Positions 18,661 to 27,941 of a DNA stretch of 64,000 nucleotides are shown here, one piece after another (positions within the stretch are counted from its first letter, which is position 1; the number at the start of each line of letters is the position of its first letter). Position numbers and translations under genes: made by a program. Location of the stretch: assembly GCA_031277215.1 (NCBI GenBank), contig JAITMR010000073.1, positions 10,502 through 74,501 of the forward strand, given 5' to 3'. Source of the stretch: Burkholderiales bacterium. Lineage in GTDB: Bacteria; Pseudomonadota; Gammaproteobacteria; Burkholderiales; Casimicrobiaceae. The notes beneath the pieces were generated by a model. It was not told the origin of the DNA and searched no databases. It was given only the letters and a program-made list of their open reading frames with translations.

Positions 18661-21246
18661 TTAGAAAAGATCTGCGTTAGCATCGATCCATTTCATGTAC
18701 TCGACGATATCTTTCGCCTCCTCGGGCTTCATGTTCTGGTTCGGCATTCTCAAGTTGAAGTAACGGATCATGAACTGCGTGTATTCTTCATTGAACTTCG
18801 TTTCCGGCTTCAATGTGAATTCATACACCCATTGTTCGCTGGTCCGTGCGATTGCTCCCGTCAAGTCCGGGCCGGAACTGACCTGGCCGATGACGTGGCA
18901 ACCGTTACAACCACCTCTGAGGTACGCAGTTTCACCACGTTCCGCCGCTGGCGACATCTTCGTTGCCAACTCACGCGACAGTCGGTTCTTCGCACGCAAG
19001 CCGACGTCTGCCGTTTTCACCATGTACTGCCATACCTGGTTTTCCCACAGGATCGCCTGATCAAGGTTACCCGCTTTGAGCGCAGCATCCGCTTTCGCCT
19101 TGACGTCAGGAATCTTCCCATACTGATCCAGCGCATCGGTGACCAGCGCGGCGATTTCCGGGAATTTCTGGAAGCCTTTGTCCTTGAGGTATTTCACCAC
19201 GGACTGGATCACGTCATCGGTGGCTTTATTGGTAGCGACAATTTTGTTGTATTCCGCCTCCAAGTCAGCTTTCGACATCGTGCTCAGTTTGGCTTGCTGG
19301 AAGTCTTCGTATTTCTTGGCCGGGTCTTTCACGAACAGATAACCCATCATTTCCAAGTGAAGCGCCGAGCAGAACTCGGTGCAGTAGTACGGGAAAACGC
19401 CTTCCAGATCGGCGACGAACGTGACAGAAGCCACTTTGCCCGGCTCGATTGAAGCGTGAACGTTCATCCCGTCAATACCGAACCCGTGCGTTTCGTCCTG
19501 CGCACGCTCAAGGCTGGAGATGTGGAGGGTCACTGTATCGCCCTTGTTAACCGTGATGTGCTCCGGATTCAGGTGCGAGCGGATTGCCGTCATGTAAACC
19601 GTCACCTTGTTACCGTCACGCACGACACGCTCCTGACCGGCAAGCGTTGCAGCCGGGTGCGGTTTTCCGGTACGGCTGTCCGTACCGATGTCGTATGCGG
19701 CCTTCGGTTTGAGCTTGCTTGCAGCAATCGCCACCATGTCGTGCGGCTCGCCCAACGGAATCGGCATGTCGTACAACAGTTCCATCTTCGGCCCGGAGAT
19801 ATCGATCAACTGGTGGTTCTGCGGGTGCAGCGGGCCAACAGGATTGAAACGGTCAATCGCCAGCTTATTCAGCGCAACAAGGTATTTCCCTCGCGGCTTG
19901 GTCGATTTACCCTCCGGAGAATCAAGGTGTCCGATGTTGTAATGAACATTCAGCCGGTCAAGAACCTTGAGGTTTTTGTAATCCCAGCGCACGACCTGCG
20001 AATCGACGTACAGCGACGTATAAACAATACCGGCCTTCGAATCAAAGACCGTATGCAACGGCCCCAAACCCAGCGCAACTTGTCCATGCAGCGATTTCTT
20101 GATGTCAAGAATCGGAACGCCGTACGGATCTTTGCCAGCGAAGTCCTTCTTGTCAATCAATGCCTTGATTTTCTGGAAATCATAAACCGAGGCATGGGTA
20201 TCCAATTTGCCACCGACGATGATGTAACGTCCATCGGGAGAAACATCAACGCCGTGAGGCGACTTCGGTTCCGGAATCAAGAACAGCGCTCCGGCCTTAA
20301 CCGCCGCATCCATGGTGATGACGCGATGGCCGTTGATGACCTTGAAGTTCTTCGGATCTTTCAGCAGTGGTTCCAGCATCTTCCAGTTATACACATGCAG
20401 GAAGTCGTTGTCGTTACGGCTCATCCCCGCTTCGAACGGCGGCAACCCCAGATGAATCCCTCCAGAGTACATTTCCGAGTTGAACGAGTTGATGAAAACC
20501 CATCCGTCGGAAATGCCTTTACCAGCGTCAGCAAGGTCCTGCATATACGGCGGCAATTCCAGCGTCCACGAGTTCTTCTCATCGATGCGTCCTGCTTTGA
20601 GATCAAACTTCCACATGGTCACCGCGCCACGGAACATTTCTTGATAACTCTCGATCGGATGATAATTGTTATCAAGCGGCGCTGCGTATTGGGACGCTTC
20701 GATGATGTACTCGGAGTTCGGCGTAACAAACGCGCCGCCGTGCGCACTCTTGATCACCGGATTGGTGACTATCTGCACCGTCTCGAAATCCTTGAGGTCA
20801 ATGACCGCAACGCGCGGGTTGGCTTTGTCGCTGATGAACAGATAGTCACCCGTATATTCACCGTTTCTCTCCGTGAATGCTGCGTGGTGCGTATCGCCCC
20901 AAGTGATTTCCTTGCCGCGAATCTTTCCGGCGGCAAGAATTTTCTTCGATTCGTCATCAAAACCGTACCCTTGCCAAGGTTCCGGCGTGAAAACGGCGAT
21001 ATATTTATAAATACGCATTGACGGGATGCCGTAAACAATCACTTGTCCCGAGTGGCCGCCAGAAGAAAAGGCGATGAATTCGTCTTTCCGCCCAGATGGT
21101 TGATACGTTTTTGCAGCGGCGATGATATCTTTCTCTGAAAGATTGCGTTCCTTCATGATGGTTTGAAGGTCATTCGCCAAAACTGGAACAGCAAACAGCC
21201 CGAGCGATAGCAACGAGGCCGCAATGATGCTTCTTATATAGTTCAT
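18661..21246 (-). CDS. nosZ: nitrous-oxide reductase, clade II, with C-terminal monoheme cytochrome c domain (cNosZ)
   Basis: Sec-type signal MNYIRSIIAASLLSLGLFAVPVLA with no RR. It has WGDTHH and the CuA motif CTEFCSALHLEMMGY. A C-terminal extension carries CNGCH (18895-18909). ATG at 21246 with the RBS aaggag. Confidence 0.95.
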   Translation of the reverse strand: MNYIRSIIAASLLSLGLFAVPVLANDLQTIMKERNLSEKDIIAAAKTYQPSGRKDEFIAFSSGGHSGQVIVYGIPSMRIYKYIAVFTPEPWQGYGFDDESKKILAAGKIRGKEITWGDTHHAAFTERNGEYTGDYLFISDKANPRVAVIDLKDFETVQIVTNPVIKSAHGGAFVTPNSEYIIEASQYAAPLDNNYHPIESYQEMFRGAVTMWKFDLKAGRIDEKNSWTLELPPYMQDLADAGKGISDGWVFINSFNSEMYSGGIHLGLPPFEAGMSRNDNDFLHVYNWKMLEPLLKDPKNFKVINGHRVITMDAAVKAGALFLIPEPKSPHGVDVSPDGRYIIVGGKLDTHASVYDFQKIKALIDKKDFAGKDPYGVPILDIKKSLHGQVALGLGPLHTVFDSKAGIVYTSLYVDSQVVRWDYKNLKVLDRLNVHYNIGHLDSPEGKSTKPRGKYLVALNKLAIDRFNPVGPLHPQNHQLIDISGPKMELLYDMPIPLGEPHDMVAIAASKLKPKAAYDIGTDSRTGKPHPAATLAGQERVVRDGNKVTVYMTAIRSHLNPEHITVNKGDTVTLHISSLERAQDETHGFGIDGMNVHASIEPGKVASVTFVADLEGVFPYYCTEFCSALHLEMMGYLFVKDPAKKYEDFQQAKLSTMSKADLEAEYNKIVATNKATDDVIQSVVKYLKDKGFQKFPEIAALVTDALDQYGKIPDVKAKADAALKAGNLDQAILWENQVWQYMVKTADVGLRAKNRLSRELATKMSPAAERGETAYLRGGCNGCHVIGQVSSGPDLTGAIARTSEQWVYEFTLKPETKFNEEYTQFMIRYFNLRMPNQNMKPEEAKDIVEYMKWIDANADLF

Positions 21247-21407
21247 ACAGTTCTCCTTGGTGCAAAAAAATGACGGCTTATGAAATGCACACGTTCTAGG
21301 AATCAACTGCAAACGTGATGATTCATCCAAACAGAATACACCCACTATTAGCAGGGTGTTTGCCTTAGGTCAAGAAAAGGAGGGTGCAAAACCCTCTGTA
21401 GTTATGC

Positions 21408-21493
21408 TAGGCGACGAGCGGTAACAGCGCAGGTGACGGGCGGTAGGCGGTAGGCGACAAGCGGTAACAAAGCAGGTGACGGGCGGTAGGCGG
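21408..21493. repeat. 43-bp tandem direct repeat, 2 units, upstream of nosZ
   Basis: The units 21408-21450 and 21451-21493 (taggcgacRagcggtaacaRMgcaggtgacgggcggtaggcgg) are identical at 40 of 43 positions. A partial third unit follows. Confidence 0.85.
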
Positions 21494-21616
21494 CAGGTAG
21501 CAAGTGACCGATTGCCTCTCCCGCGCCGCCATGGACACGCCTTGCTCAAAGGGGTGGGTTCCATGCCGCCCGCCACGTGGTGACAGCGCACATTTTACCC
21601 ACCCGCCTTGGGTCGT

Positions 21617-23464
21617 TCAGCTTGCGGATTGGCCGCTGTTCACTCTTATCTCGAGCAACTCGCGTTTCAACGCAAGATGCTTCGGCATTTTCTCACCGAG
21701 TTTGTCGAACGACTCTTTATGACCTTCAATCTCCGCCTTCCAGGAATCGACATTGACTTCGGTCAATGCCTCAAAGGTGGCTTTGTCAGTATTAGAGTCA
21801 GTCCAAACGATGTCTTCGTAGCGCGGCATCCAACCAAGCGCGGTTTCCTTGGCGCCAACACGATCATGCACACGGTTAACGATCCAGTGCAGGACGCGCA
21901 TGTTTTCACCGAACCCCGGCCACATAAACTTGCCTTTTTCGTCTACGCGGAACCAATTGACGCAGAAGAATTTGGGCGCATGCCTGACATTTTTGCTCAT
22001 TTTCAGCCAGTGATCGAAATAGTCGCCTATGTGGTAACCGCAGAAAGGCAGCATCGCAAACGGATCGCGGCGTACCACGCCTTGTGCGCCAAAGGCGGCG
22101 GCGGTGGTTTCGGAGCCGATGGTGGCGGCCATATAGACGCCGTAATTCCAGTTGAACGACTGATAGATCAGCGGCACCGTCGTAGCGCGGCGACCGCCAA
22201 AAAGAAACGCGGAAATCGGCACGCCGTTCGGGTCTTCCCAACGTGGATCAATCGACGGACACTGGCTGGCCGGCACAGTGAAACGCGCGTTCGGATGCGC
22301 CGCTTTGCGACCGGACTCGCGAGCGATTTCCGGCGTCCAGTCTTTGCCTGTCCAGTCGATCAAATGCGCGGGCATTTCTTTGGTCATGCCTTCCCACCAG
22401 ACATCGCCGTCATCGGTCAACGCAACGTTGGTGAAAATCGTGTTTTCCCTGAGCATGGCGATACCGTTGTAGTTGGTCGCTTCCGACGTGTTGGGCGCGA
22501 CGCCGAAGCAGCCGGCTTCAGGATTGATCGCATAAAAGCGGCCATCTTCTCCTGCCTTGATCCAGGCAATATCGTCGCCGACCATCGTGATTTTCCAGCC
22601 GTCAAACGCCTTCGGCGGGATCAGCATCGCAAGGTTGGTTTTCCCGCACGCAGAGGGGAACGCGCCAGCAATGTAGGTTTTTTCGCCCTCTGGCGATTCG
22701 ACGCCGAGAATCAGCATGTGCTCGGCCAGCCAGCCTTCTTCGCGCGCCATTGTCGAGGCAATCCGCAACGCAAAACATTTTTTGCCCAACAGCGCGTTGC
22801 CGCCATAGCCGGAGCCATACGACCAGATTTCGCGCGATTCCGGATAATGAACAATGTATTTCACATCCGGATTGCACGGCCAGGAAACGTCTTTTTGTCC
22901 CGGAGCGAGCGGTGCGCCGACCGTATGAACGCACGGGACGAATTCGCCGCTCGTGCCCAAAACATCGAACACCGCCTGACCCATGCGCGTCATGATGCGC
23001 ATATTGATCACCACATAAGGAGAGTCGGTAATTTCGATGCCGATATGCGCGATCGGCGAACCGAGCGGCCCCATCGAGAACGGCACAATGTACATCGTAC
23101 GTCCGCGCATACAGCCTTTGAACAGCCCGTTCAAAATCTCGCGCATTTTCGTGGGATCCATCCAGTTATTGGTCGGGCCGGCATCTTCTTCCTTGGCGGA
23201 ACAAATATAAGTGCGGTCCTCGACACGCGCCACATCCGACGGATCGGACCGCGCCAAAAAGCAGTTTTTACGCTTTTCCGGATTCAGCGGGATCAGCGTT
23301 TCGGAAGCGACCATTTCGGCACAAAGCCGGTCGTATTCCTCCTGAGAGCCATCGACCCAAACGACACGATCGGGCTGGGTCAATGCCGCAATTTCAGCGA
23401 CCCACTTTTTTATCTCTTCGTGCTTAACGTATTCAGGAATATTCAGATTTACGGATGGGCTCAT
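21617..23464 (-). CDS. pckG: phosphoenolpyruvate carboxykinase (GTP)
   Basis: 615 aa. [10 protein letters not shown] (kinase-1a), WMPRYED and typical GTP-PEPCK conservation throughout. Confidence 0.95.
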   Translation of the reverse strand: MSPSVNLNIPEYVKHEEIKKWVAEIAALTQPDRVVWVDGSQEEYDRLCAEMVASETLIPLNPEKRKNCFLARSDPSDVARVEDRTYICSAKEEDAGPTNNWMDPTKMREILNGLFKGCMRGRTMYIVPFSMGPLGSPIAHIGIEITDSPYVVINMRIMTRMGQAVFDVLGTSGEFVPCVHTVGAPLAPGQKDVSWPCNPDVKYIVHYPESREIWSYGSGYGGNALLGKKCFALRIASTMAREEGWLAEHMLILGVESPEGEKTYIAGAFPSACGKTNLAMLIPPKAFDGWKITMVGDDIAWIKAGEDGRFYAINPEAGCFGVAPNTSEATNYNGIAMLRENTIFTNVALTDDGDVWWEGMTKEMPAHLIDWTGKDWTPEIARESGRKAAHPNARFTVPASQCPSIDPRWEDPNGVPISAFLFGGRRATTVPLIYQSFNWNYGVYMAATIGSETTAAAFGAQGVVRRDPFAMLPFCGYHIGDYFDHWLKMSKNVRHAPKFFCVNWFRVDEKGKFMWPGFGENMRVLHWIVNRVHDRVGAKETALGWMPRYEDIVWTDSNTDKATFEALTEVNVDSWKAEIEGHKESFDKLGEKMPKHLALKRELLEIRVNSGQSAS

Positions 23465-23685
23465 AGCAATACTCTCTTTTCAGTTGGTAATAAGAAGGTC
23501 GTCGCACCAGCAAACGTAAATACCGTCTGCTTTCAGGTGGAAGCGAAATTCCGGAAAATACCCTGATTTCTCAAGGCGCCAAAATGCAGATTTTTTAATT
23601 ATAAATCTTCTTTACATGCCAGTCTTTGCGAATACTCAAAATGATTGACGTTAATTGTGGCAAATGCGCGTCGCTTCCAGGCAAC

Positions 23686-23723
23686 AAAAAGCCCGCCATT
23701 CGACAAAAATGAGCGGGCTTTTT
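23686..23723 (-). terminator. rho-independent terminator after rpmG
   Basis: Stem gcccgc/gcgggc, flanked by an A run and a T run. On the minus strand the stem is followed by ttttt. Confidence 0.6.
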
Positions 23724-23748
23724 AGGTATTTAATAGCTGAGGAAACGC

Positions 23749-23904
23749 TTACTTCAGCTTTATTTCCTTATACATCACATGCTTACGCACGACGGGATCA
23801 AACTTCTTGATCTCCATCTTCTCGGGCATGTTCTTTTTATTCTTGGTCGTCGTATAAAAATGGCCGGTTCCGGCAGTCGATTCCAATTTGATTTTGTCAC
23901 GCAT
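23749..23904 (-). CDS. rpmG: 50S ribosomal protein L33
   Basis: [54 protein letters not shown] at 23904. Confidence 0.95.
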   Translation of the reverse strand: MRDKIKLESTAGTGHFYTTTKNKKNMPEKMEIKKFDPVVRKHVMYKEIKLK

Positions 23905-23944
23905 GATCGGTCTCCGTGCGTCGCTCGTAGGCAACGCGCTCTAG

Positions 23945-24181
23945 TTAAATATGTTGGCCTTGCGCACGCAAGTCGGCCAGAACAGCGTCGATCCCTTTTT
24001 TATCGATCGTGCGCAGCGCGGCATTGGTCAGGCGCAGGCTGACAAAACGGTTTTCGCTTTCGACCCAGATCCGGCGCTGCTGCAAATTCGGCAAAAAACG
24101 CCGCTTGGTCTTGTTGTTCGCGTGAGAAACATGATGCCCCGTCATCGGGCCTTTCCCTGTCACCTGGCATACTCGAGCCAT
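23945..24181 (-). CDS. rpmB: 50S ribosomal protein L28
   Basis: [34 protein letters not shown]... is canonical L28. Confidence 0.95.
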   Translation of the reverse strand: MARVCQVTGKGPMTGHHVSHANNKTKRRFLPNLQQRRIWVESENRFVSLRLTNAALRTIDKKGIDAVLADLRAQGQHI

Positions 24182-24354
24182 GGTTTGCTCCTACGATTTC
24201 AATATTCATTATCGGACGACGGCAAAGCCGTCGGAGAACTTTTTATTATGCCCCAACCAGAGGAAAGAAGCAACAGCAAGCTTTCCCCAATGGCAAATGG
24301 GTTTGAACGAGGTTCAGCAGGTCGATCATTGAGGTATGTTGATCGATATGAATA

Positions 24355-24590
24355 TGTCAAAACTCGGTAATCGCCCCTGCACAATTTGTGATCGTTCAAG
24401 CCTTCTCAACCCTGGCTTAACGCATAGATACGTTGTGCAATCAACGTTTGCAGTGCATGGGTGATACGCGCAGGATCACGTTTGCAGCAGCGATCGCTTT
24501 GGTCAAGCCAATCGCACGATCTACTCGCTGCAGCAGCATGACGGAGCCCTCAGTGGTGATGTCGCCGCCATCAAAATAGCGCTGATTTGA
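24355..24590 (-). pseudogene. decayed N-terminal fragment of an IS1380/IS4-like DDE transposase
   Basis: The minus-strand translation YFDGGDITTEGSVMLLQRVDRAIGLTKAIAA is followed, after a frameshift, by RDPARITHALQTLIAQRIYALSQG*EGLNDHKL. This matches the FDGG-ITSDGG-LLLRE...RDP..I.H....L..QR.Y.LA.GYEDLNDH pattern of that transposase family. It has one frameshift and one in-frame stop, and is truncated after about 75 codons. Confidence 0.6.
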
Positions 24591-25071
24591 CGCCTTTCAA
24601 GGAACCCTATTTCGATCTCGTTAGTGACACGCTTTGGCATCGGCTCAGCCCTCGTAAAATCGTTGTTAACACACTGATTTTACACGAGTTTTATACTGAG
24701 CCGACCACTTTCCCGCAAGCGGGCGAGGGGAAGCAAGTAGAGGCGAATAATCATTCGCCCTCCACCACTCCTCCCACGCAAGCGGGGGAAAGGAGCTTTT
24801 CTTCTTCGCGGTTTCGTGCGGGCGCTTTTTAGATTCTGCGTTTTGCGCCTCCCGCAGAATGACGCTGATGTCTTCAAGGTCGGGTTTGAAACCCGCCCCT
24901 GCACCTGATTCCTGATCTCCGCCCCCCGATCTTTGCTACAATCTCCCATCGTGTAAATCAGTGCGGCGACATGCTGGATCGCCGCTTTTTTTCAGATGCG
25001 TGGCGCGGTGTAAAAACCGCAGCGAGGGTCGAGGCGGCGCATCGGGGGTTAGGTTAGGGCCAAGTTCCGAT

Positions 25072-25686
25072 ATGCTAGAAATTCAGGATCTTGCGGCACG
25101 CCGCGGTTATGTGATGTTGTTCAGTCAGGTTTCCTTCAAGGTGGAAGCGGGCGAGGCATTGATCATTACCGGCGCGAACGGCACCGGCAAGACGACGCTG
25201 TTGCGAATGCTGGCCGGTTTGTCGCATCCGTTGTCGGGAAAAATTCTGTGGCAAGGACGAGAAACACGGGCGTTTGATCCGGTGTTGCGTAACAACATTA
25301 TGTTTGTTGGCCACGCACCAGCGCTCAAGGACGAATTGACGGCAGAGGAAAATCTGGCGTTGCTGGTCAAATTGGCCGGTGAAGAGGTGGCGCTGGGCGC
25401 GTTGCGCGAAGCGTTACAGGAAGTCGCGCTGGGCGCACGACTGACGGTGCCGGCGCGTGTTTTGTCGCAGGGGCAGCGGCGGAGGATTGGATTGGCGCGT
25501 TTGGCGTTGGTGCCTCGACCGCTGTGGGTGCTTGATGAACCGGTGACGGCGCTGGACCCGGCGGGGATTGCGTTGTTGACGGGTATGATGGCGGCGCATT
25601 TATCAAAAGGCGGCGCGGTGATTGCGGCAACGCATCAGGCGCTGGATTTGCCGACGGGTGCAATGCGACAGTTGTCGTTTCAATGA
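25072..25686 (+). CDS. ccmA: heme exporter ATPase CcmA
   Basis: Walker A GANGTGKTT, LSQGQRRR, Walker B LWVLDEP. ATG at 25072. Confidence 0.9.
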   Translation: MLEIQDLAARRGYVMLFSQVSFKVEAGEALIITGANGTGKTTLLRMLAGLSHPLSGKILWQGRETRAFDPVLRNNIMFVGHAPALKDELTAEENLALLVKLAGEEVALGALREALQEVALGARLTVPARVLSQGQRRRIGLARLALVPRPLWVLDEPVTALDPAGIALLTGMMAAHLSKGGAVIAATHQALDLPTGAMRQLSFQ

Positions 25687-25702
25687 CCGTGAGGAGAGTA
25701 AT

Positions 25703-26434
25703 GTGACGACGAATTCTTCTCCTGTGTTTCCGGTTCGGACGGCGATGGAGCCTGGTGACGGTGTTTTTACGGCTTTTTTCTGGGCGTTGCGGCGCGATTT
25801 GCGTTTGGCGCTGCGTTCGCGGGCTGAACTGGGTGTTCAGATCTTGTTTTATATCATTGTGGTGGCGCTGTTTCCGCTGTCGATGTCGCCGGACAAAGAA
25901 TTGTTAATGTTGCTTGGGCCTGGCGTACTGTGGGTGGCGGCGTTGCTGGCTTCGTTGTTGTCGTTGCCGCGTTTGTTTGCCAGCGATTATGCTGATGGGA
26001 CGCTTGAACAGATGGCGCTGTCGCCGTTACCGTTACCGGCACTCATCCTGGGAAAAATCAGCGCACATTGGTTGACAACGGGCTTGCCGGTGGTGGTGTT
26101 GGCGCCGTTGCTGAGTATCCAGTACTGGCTGGAGCCCGAAGTGATTTGGGTGTTGATGGCGGGATTACTCATCGGCACGCCGGTGTTGTCGTTGTTGGGT
26201 GCGATTGGCGCGGCGTTGACGCTGGGGTTGCGTTCAGGAGGTGGCAGTTTGTTGGCGTTGCTGATTTTACCGCTGTATATTCCGGTGCTGATTTTCGGCG
26301 CGGGCGCTGTTGAAGCTGTGCGTGGCGGCATGGGCGCGGACGCCAATTTTTCGCTGCTGGCGGCGGGTTTGTTGCTGGCGCTGGCAGGAGCGCCGTTTGC
26401 AACGTCGGCGGCGGTACGGATTTCTTTGGATTGA
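25703..26434 (+). CDS. ccmB: heme exporter permease CcmB
   Basis: Polytopic CcmB-like protein. The GTG at 25703 lies behind the RBS gaggagag. An alternative start is ATG 25745. Confidence 0.85.
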   Translation: MTTNSSPVFPVRTAMEPGDGVFTAFFWALRRDLRLALRSRAELGVQILFYIIVVALFPLSMSPDKELLMLLGPGVLWVAALLASLLSLPRLFASDYADGTLEQMALSPLPLPALILGKISAHWLTTGLPVVVLAPLLSIQYWLEPEVIWVLMAGLLIGTPVLSLLGAIGAALTLGLRSGGGSLLALLILPLYIPVLIFGAGAVEAVRGGMGADANFSLLAAGLLLALAGAPFATSAAVRISLD

Positions 26435-26452
26435 TGGCATAGGGCTTGAGCG

Positions 26453-27190
26453 ATGAGTGGATTCAAATACGCAGCACCGGCACAGTTTTATCCGTTGGCG
26501 GGCAAGATGGCGTTGTGGTTTGGGGTGTCGGCGGCGGTTCTGGCAGTGATCGGGCTGGTCATCGGTTTGTATATTGCGCCCATTGACGTTACGCAAAAGG
26601 ATTCGTACCGGATCATTTTCATTCATGTGCCTGCCGCGTGGATGTCGATGTTCTTATATGTGGTGATGGCGTTCTGGGGGGCGATAGCGCTGGGGATGAA
26701 CACGCGACTGTCGGCGATGATGGCGCAGTCGATCGCGCCGACCGGGGCGCTGATGACGGCGATCGCGCTGTGGACGGGCGCACTCTGGGGCAAGCCGACT
26801 TGGGGAACGTATTGGGCGTGGGACGCGCGGATGACCTCGGAATTGATCTTGCTATTTCTTTATCTCGGTATCATCGCGCTGCGCAACGCGATCGACGATC
26901 CGCGCCGCGCCGATAAAGCGTGCAGTGTGCTGGCGCTGGTCGGCGTCGTCAATGTGCCGATCATTTATATGTCGGTGAACTGGTGGAATACGTTACATCA
27001 AGGCGCTACGATTAAGGCCGGAAATTCTTCAATCGACGATATCATGCTGGCGGGTCTGTTGTTTATGGTCTTTGCTTTCTGGTTTTATTCGGTTGCGGTG
27101 ACTCTGGTGAGGTTGCGCACAATTATGCTGGAGCGAGAAGTCGGCGCTGCTTGGGTGGCGCGTTTGCCGGAAGTAAAGGAGGAACGGTGA
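26453..27190 (+). CDS. ccmC: heme handling protein CcmC
   Basis: The WWD motif WGTYWAWDARMT is present with conserved His residues. Confidence 0.9.
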   Translation: MSGFKYAAPAQFYPLAGKMALWFGVSAAVLAVIGLVIGLYIAPIDVTQKDSYRIIFIHVPAAWMSMFLYVVMAFWGAIALGMNTRLSAMMAQSIAPTGALMTAIALWTGALWGKPTWGTYWAWDARMTSELILLFLYLGIIALRNAIDDPRRADKACSVLALVGVVNVPIIYMSVNWWNTLHQGATIKAGNSSIDDIMLAGLLFMVFAFWFYSVAVTLVRLRTIMLEREVGAAWVARLPEVKEER

Positions 27191-27384
27191 TGGGTGAGTT
27201 TTTCGCAATGGGTGGTTACGCTTTTTTCGTCTGGATGGCTTACGGTATGGCGGCGCTGTTGATCGTGCTGGAAATCGTTGCCGTGTGTGCACACCGCAAG
27301 CGAGCGCTACACTTGGTTCGGCATAGCGATGTTCACGGGAGCGGCACGGTCAATGCCGGAGCGCAATTGAAGGAGGCCGAATGA
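27190..27384 (+). CDS. ccmD: CcmD
   Basis: Small single-TM protein (MGEFFAMGGYAFFVWMAYGMAALL). The ATG overlaps the ccmC stop. Confidence 0.8.
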   Translation: MGEFFAMGGYAFFVWMAYGMAALLIVLEIVAVCAHRKRALHLVRHSDVHGSGTVNAGAQLKEAE

Positions 27385-27884
27385 GCGCTGAACAGGGAAC
27401 ACAGGGAGCGGCGGAAGCCCCGTCGGGAGGCATCAAGTCGCGGCACAAGCGGTTTCTTTGGATTATTTTCGGACTGGCATTTTTCGCGGCCATTGTGGCG
27501 CTGGTATTAAACGCATTCGGTTCAAGCATTACTTACTTCTATTCGCCGACACAGGTGATGAATAACGAAGTGCCGCAAGGACGGGCGTTCCGGGTCGGCG
27601 GGATGGTCGAGGGCGGCAGCGTGGTGCGCGCCGGCGACGGGCTGACGGTACATTTCAAAGTCACCGATACTGCCGAGACGGTAGCAGTGGTCTATACCGG
27701 CATTCTGCCGGATCTTTTTGCTGAGGAAAAAGGCGTGGTGGCGCAGGGTAGGCTCGACGATCACGGTGTCTTTCAAGCGACGCAGGTGCTGGCCAAGCAC
27801 GATGAAAATTATGTGGCGCCGGAAGTTCAGGCAGCATTGGACGAGGCGCACAAAACGCGCGCGGCGCAGACGTTGGCGCAATAA
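27381..27884 (+). CDS. ccmE: heme chaperone CcmE
   Basis: Membrane anchor plus OB fold. VLAKHDENYVAPEV contains the heme-binding His motif. ATGA overlap with ccmD. Confidence 0.9.
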   Translation: MSAEQGTQGAAEAPSGGIKSRHKRFLWIIFGLAFFAAIVALVLNAFGSSITYFYSPTQVMNNEVPQGRAFRVGGMVEGGSVVRAGDGLTVHFKVTDTAETVAVVYTGILPDLFAEEKGVVAQGRLDDHGVFQATQVLAKHDENYVAPEVQAALDEAHKTRAAQTLAQ

Positions 27885-27941
27885 GGCTGAAACAATAAGA
27901 CCGGCACGTATGTGCGTGTTTTCTGTTGGGGTGGATAAAAG

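Noticed and set aside
19456-21021. 521-aa ORF on the plus strand
   Set aside because: It is antisense to nosZ, has no recognisable motifs and has a shadow-frame composition.
21291-21330. Possible FNR-type box upstream of nosZ (ATCAA half-site at 21302-21306; gTGATgattCATCc at 21315-21329)
   Set aside because: Only half-sites or wrong spacing are present. At best 6-7 of 10 positions match with non-canonical geometry, so no site is claimed.
21408-21493. Tandem repeats here and at 49350-49502 considered as CRISPR arrays
   Set aside because: There are only two units. They are either directly abutting (no spacers) or separated by another repeat element. No cas genes are in the window.
21608-23566. 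652-aa ORF on the plus strand
   Set aside because: It lies entirely antisense to the strongly supported GTP-PEPCK gene. Its translation is Arg/Ala/His-rich junk typical of shadow frames in GC-rich coding DNA.
24587-24949. 81-aa and 89-aa ORFs in the rpmB-ccmA spacer
   Set aside because: They are read across hairpin repeats (cccgcaagcggg, ggcgaataatcattcgcc, cgcagaatgac). There are no start-site signals and no similarity to anything I recognise.
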